Below are positions 62,424 to 64,000 of a stretch of DNA of 64,000 bases, piece by piece. The first letter of the stretch is position 1. Every line of letters starts with the position of its first letter. Made by a program: the position numbers and the translations under genes. This DNA is from Chiloscyllium plagiosum (lineage: Eukaryota), in contig NC_057757.1 of the NCBI RefSeq assembly GCF_004010195.1, positions 3,357,851 through 3,421,850 of the forward strand, given 5' to 3'. Under the pieces are notes generated by a model that had not been told where the DNA came from, did no database searches, and saw only the letters and a list, made by a program, of their open reading frames with translations.

Positions 62424-64000
62424 ACTCCTTAATAAAGCTAATTCAATTCAAAGAACTCTAATTGATTTGTCAGGCATGTCTTCCCCTTGATGAAGCCAAG
62501 CTGACTCAGCTCTATTTTACCATGCACTTCCAAGTATTCCGCAGTCTCTTCCTTAAGAATGGAGTCTAAAATCTTACCAACGACCAAGGCCAGGCTAAGC
62601 TGCCTATAGATTCTTACCTTGCCTCCCTCCCTCCTTAATCAGGGGTGTTGCATTACTCATTTTCCAGTCTTCTGGGGCATTCCTTGACTCCAGTGATTCC
62701 AAAAAGATCATCACCAACACCTCCACAATCTTTCAGCTATCCCCTTCAGAACTCTGGAGTTTGGTCCATCTGGTCTGGGTGATTTCACCACCTTCAGGCC
62801 CAACAGATTCCCCAGACCTACTCCTTAGTGGTGGCACTACACTCACCTCTGCCCCCAACTCTTGAAATTCTGGTTTGCTGCTGGTGTCTTCCACTGTGAA
62901 AATTGATGCAAAGTGCCCTTCAGTTCCTCTGCCATTTCTTTCTTTCCCTATTACTACTTCTCCAGCCTCATTTTCCACTCTTGTCTCTTGCTCTTACCTT
63001 TAGTATCTCAAAGAAACTCTTTGAAATCTTCATTTACATTTCTAGCTAGCTTACTCTCCTGTCACATCTCCCTGTTTCTCTTCATTTAAGACACTCGGAA
63101 ATCTACGACTTTAAACACATTGGTCACTTGTCCCAACATCTCAAGCACTTTGATGCCCTCACAGGGGTATACATCTGACCATGCTCCAGCTGTAACTTAG
63201 CCTTTTTGTTCATGGGAAATGGGTATCAGTGGTTGGGATAGTACTTATTACCCATCCCCAATTGCCCCTAGAGAAGGTGGTGGGGAGCTACCTTTTTGAA
63301 CCACTTTAGTCTACAGGAGTTGGGGACACCAACAATGTTGTTAGGAAGGGAATTCCAGTGACATTGAAAGAACTGCTGATATAGTTCCAAACTAGTGTGG
63401 TGCTTGACCTGGAACTCGTAGGGGAAGGGCATCTGCTACCCTTGACTTTTTAAAGGTGGTTACTGTTGAATGGAGGGTGTTCCTTCTGAGCGCTTTCTCT
63501 GTATTAATCAGCAGATTTTGTCCACAGTAAGATTAATAAAACACAGCTGTAGACTATTTATAAATTCACCTGACTCTGTTTTATGAAGGGCAAGGGACCC
63601 ACAATTAATCAGTAACATTTAGTCACTTATTAGGGGCAGAGTTCACTAAACACAGCATGATTCTCATGTTGCAAGGCTTAATTGTAATGAGGGCTGGTGC
63701 ACGGTAATAATGCAAGATGGAACGCAGTCCATTGTGAATAATCCTGTTTGTTGCTCCTGTCTGCTGGCGTTCCACAAATTGAATAAAAAGAAGCAGGGGA
63801 CATTTGCATTAATAGCATCGGTACTTTCCCTGAGAGCAGAGAAAGGGAACTTCAGTCTTCGGCACAGTCACAGTCAAGAACATTGGTCTGAACAAGCGGA
63901 ACCGTGGTTCTCCTGAAACCCTGCCAATTCCCACGAAACGAGAAACAGCATTTCCATTTACTTTCTTTCGTCTGCAGAGTCGGTTAATTGACGGGAAATT

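Larger units (their letters stand above)
59880..63060 (-). mobile_element. CR1-like LINE fragment interrupted by a Penelope-like element
   Basis: MDFQKAFHKVPHTRL...WIEDWL and HFASIFTVED remnants on either side of ~61030-62423. Confidence 0.8.

Noticed and set aside
55536..64000. AP1S1 exon 1 (expected ATG|GT)
   Set aside because: No convincing ATG + donor in a CpG island was found. It probably lies beyond the window.

Overview
Repeat-dense vertebrate genomic DNA, inferred to be a shark or other elasmobranch from abundant HE1-like tRNA-derived SINEs, CR1/HER1-like LINE fragments and Penelope-like elements. There is one 672-N assembly gap. Two convergent genes are supported. VGF (+) has a CRE/GC-box/TATA promoter at ~20.4 kb, a non-coding first exon ending at 20812, a single coding exon (CDS 27327-28838, 503 aa) and a poly(A) signal at 31924. 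AP1S1 (-) has coding exons 55535-55357, 49829-49721, 46318-46181 and 44840-44793; its first exon was not located. The most notable observations are: (1) six RE1/NRSE (REST) sites at ~42-bp periodicity directly downstream of the VGF TATA box; (2) a secretoneurin-like 31-mer and other secretogranin-II-like blocks in this VGF; (3) a candidate alternative terminal exon of AP1S1; (4) minimal type I hammerhead ribozyme motifs in Penelope-derived foldback elements; (5) a 17-bp minisatellite that arose inside a CR1 3' tail. Homology calls rest on recalled reference sequences and no searches were run. Repeat boundaries are approximate unless stated.
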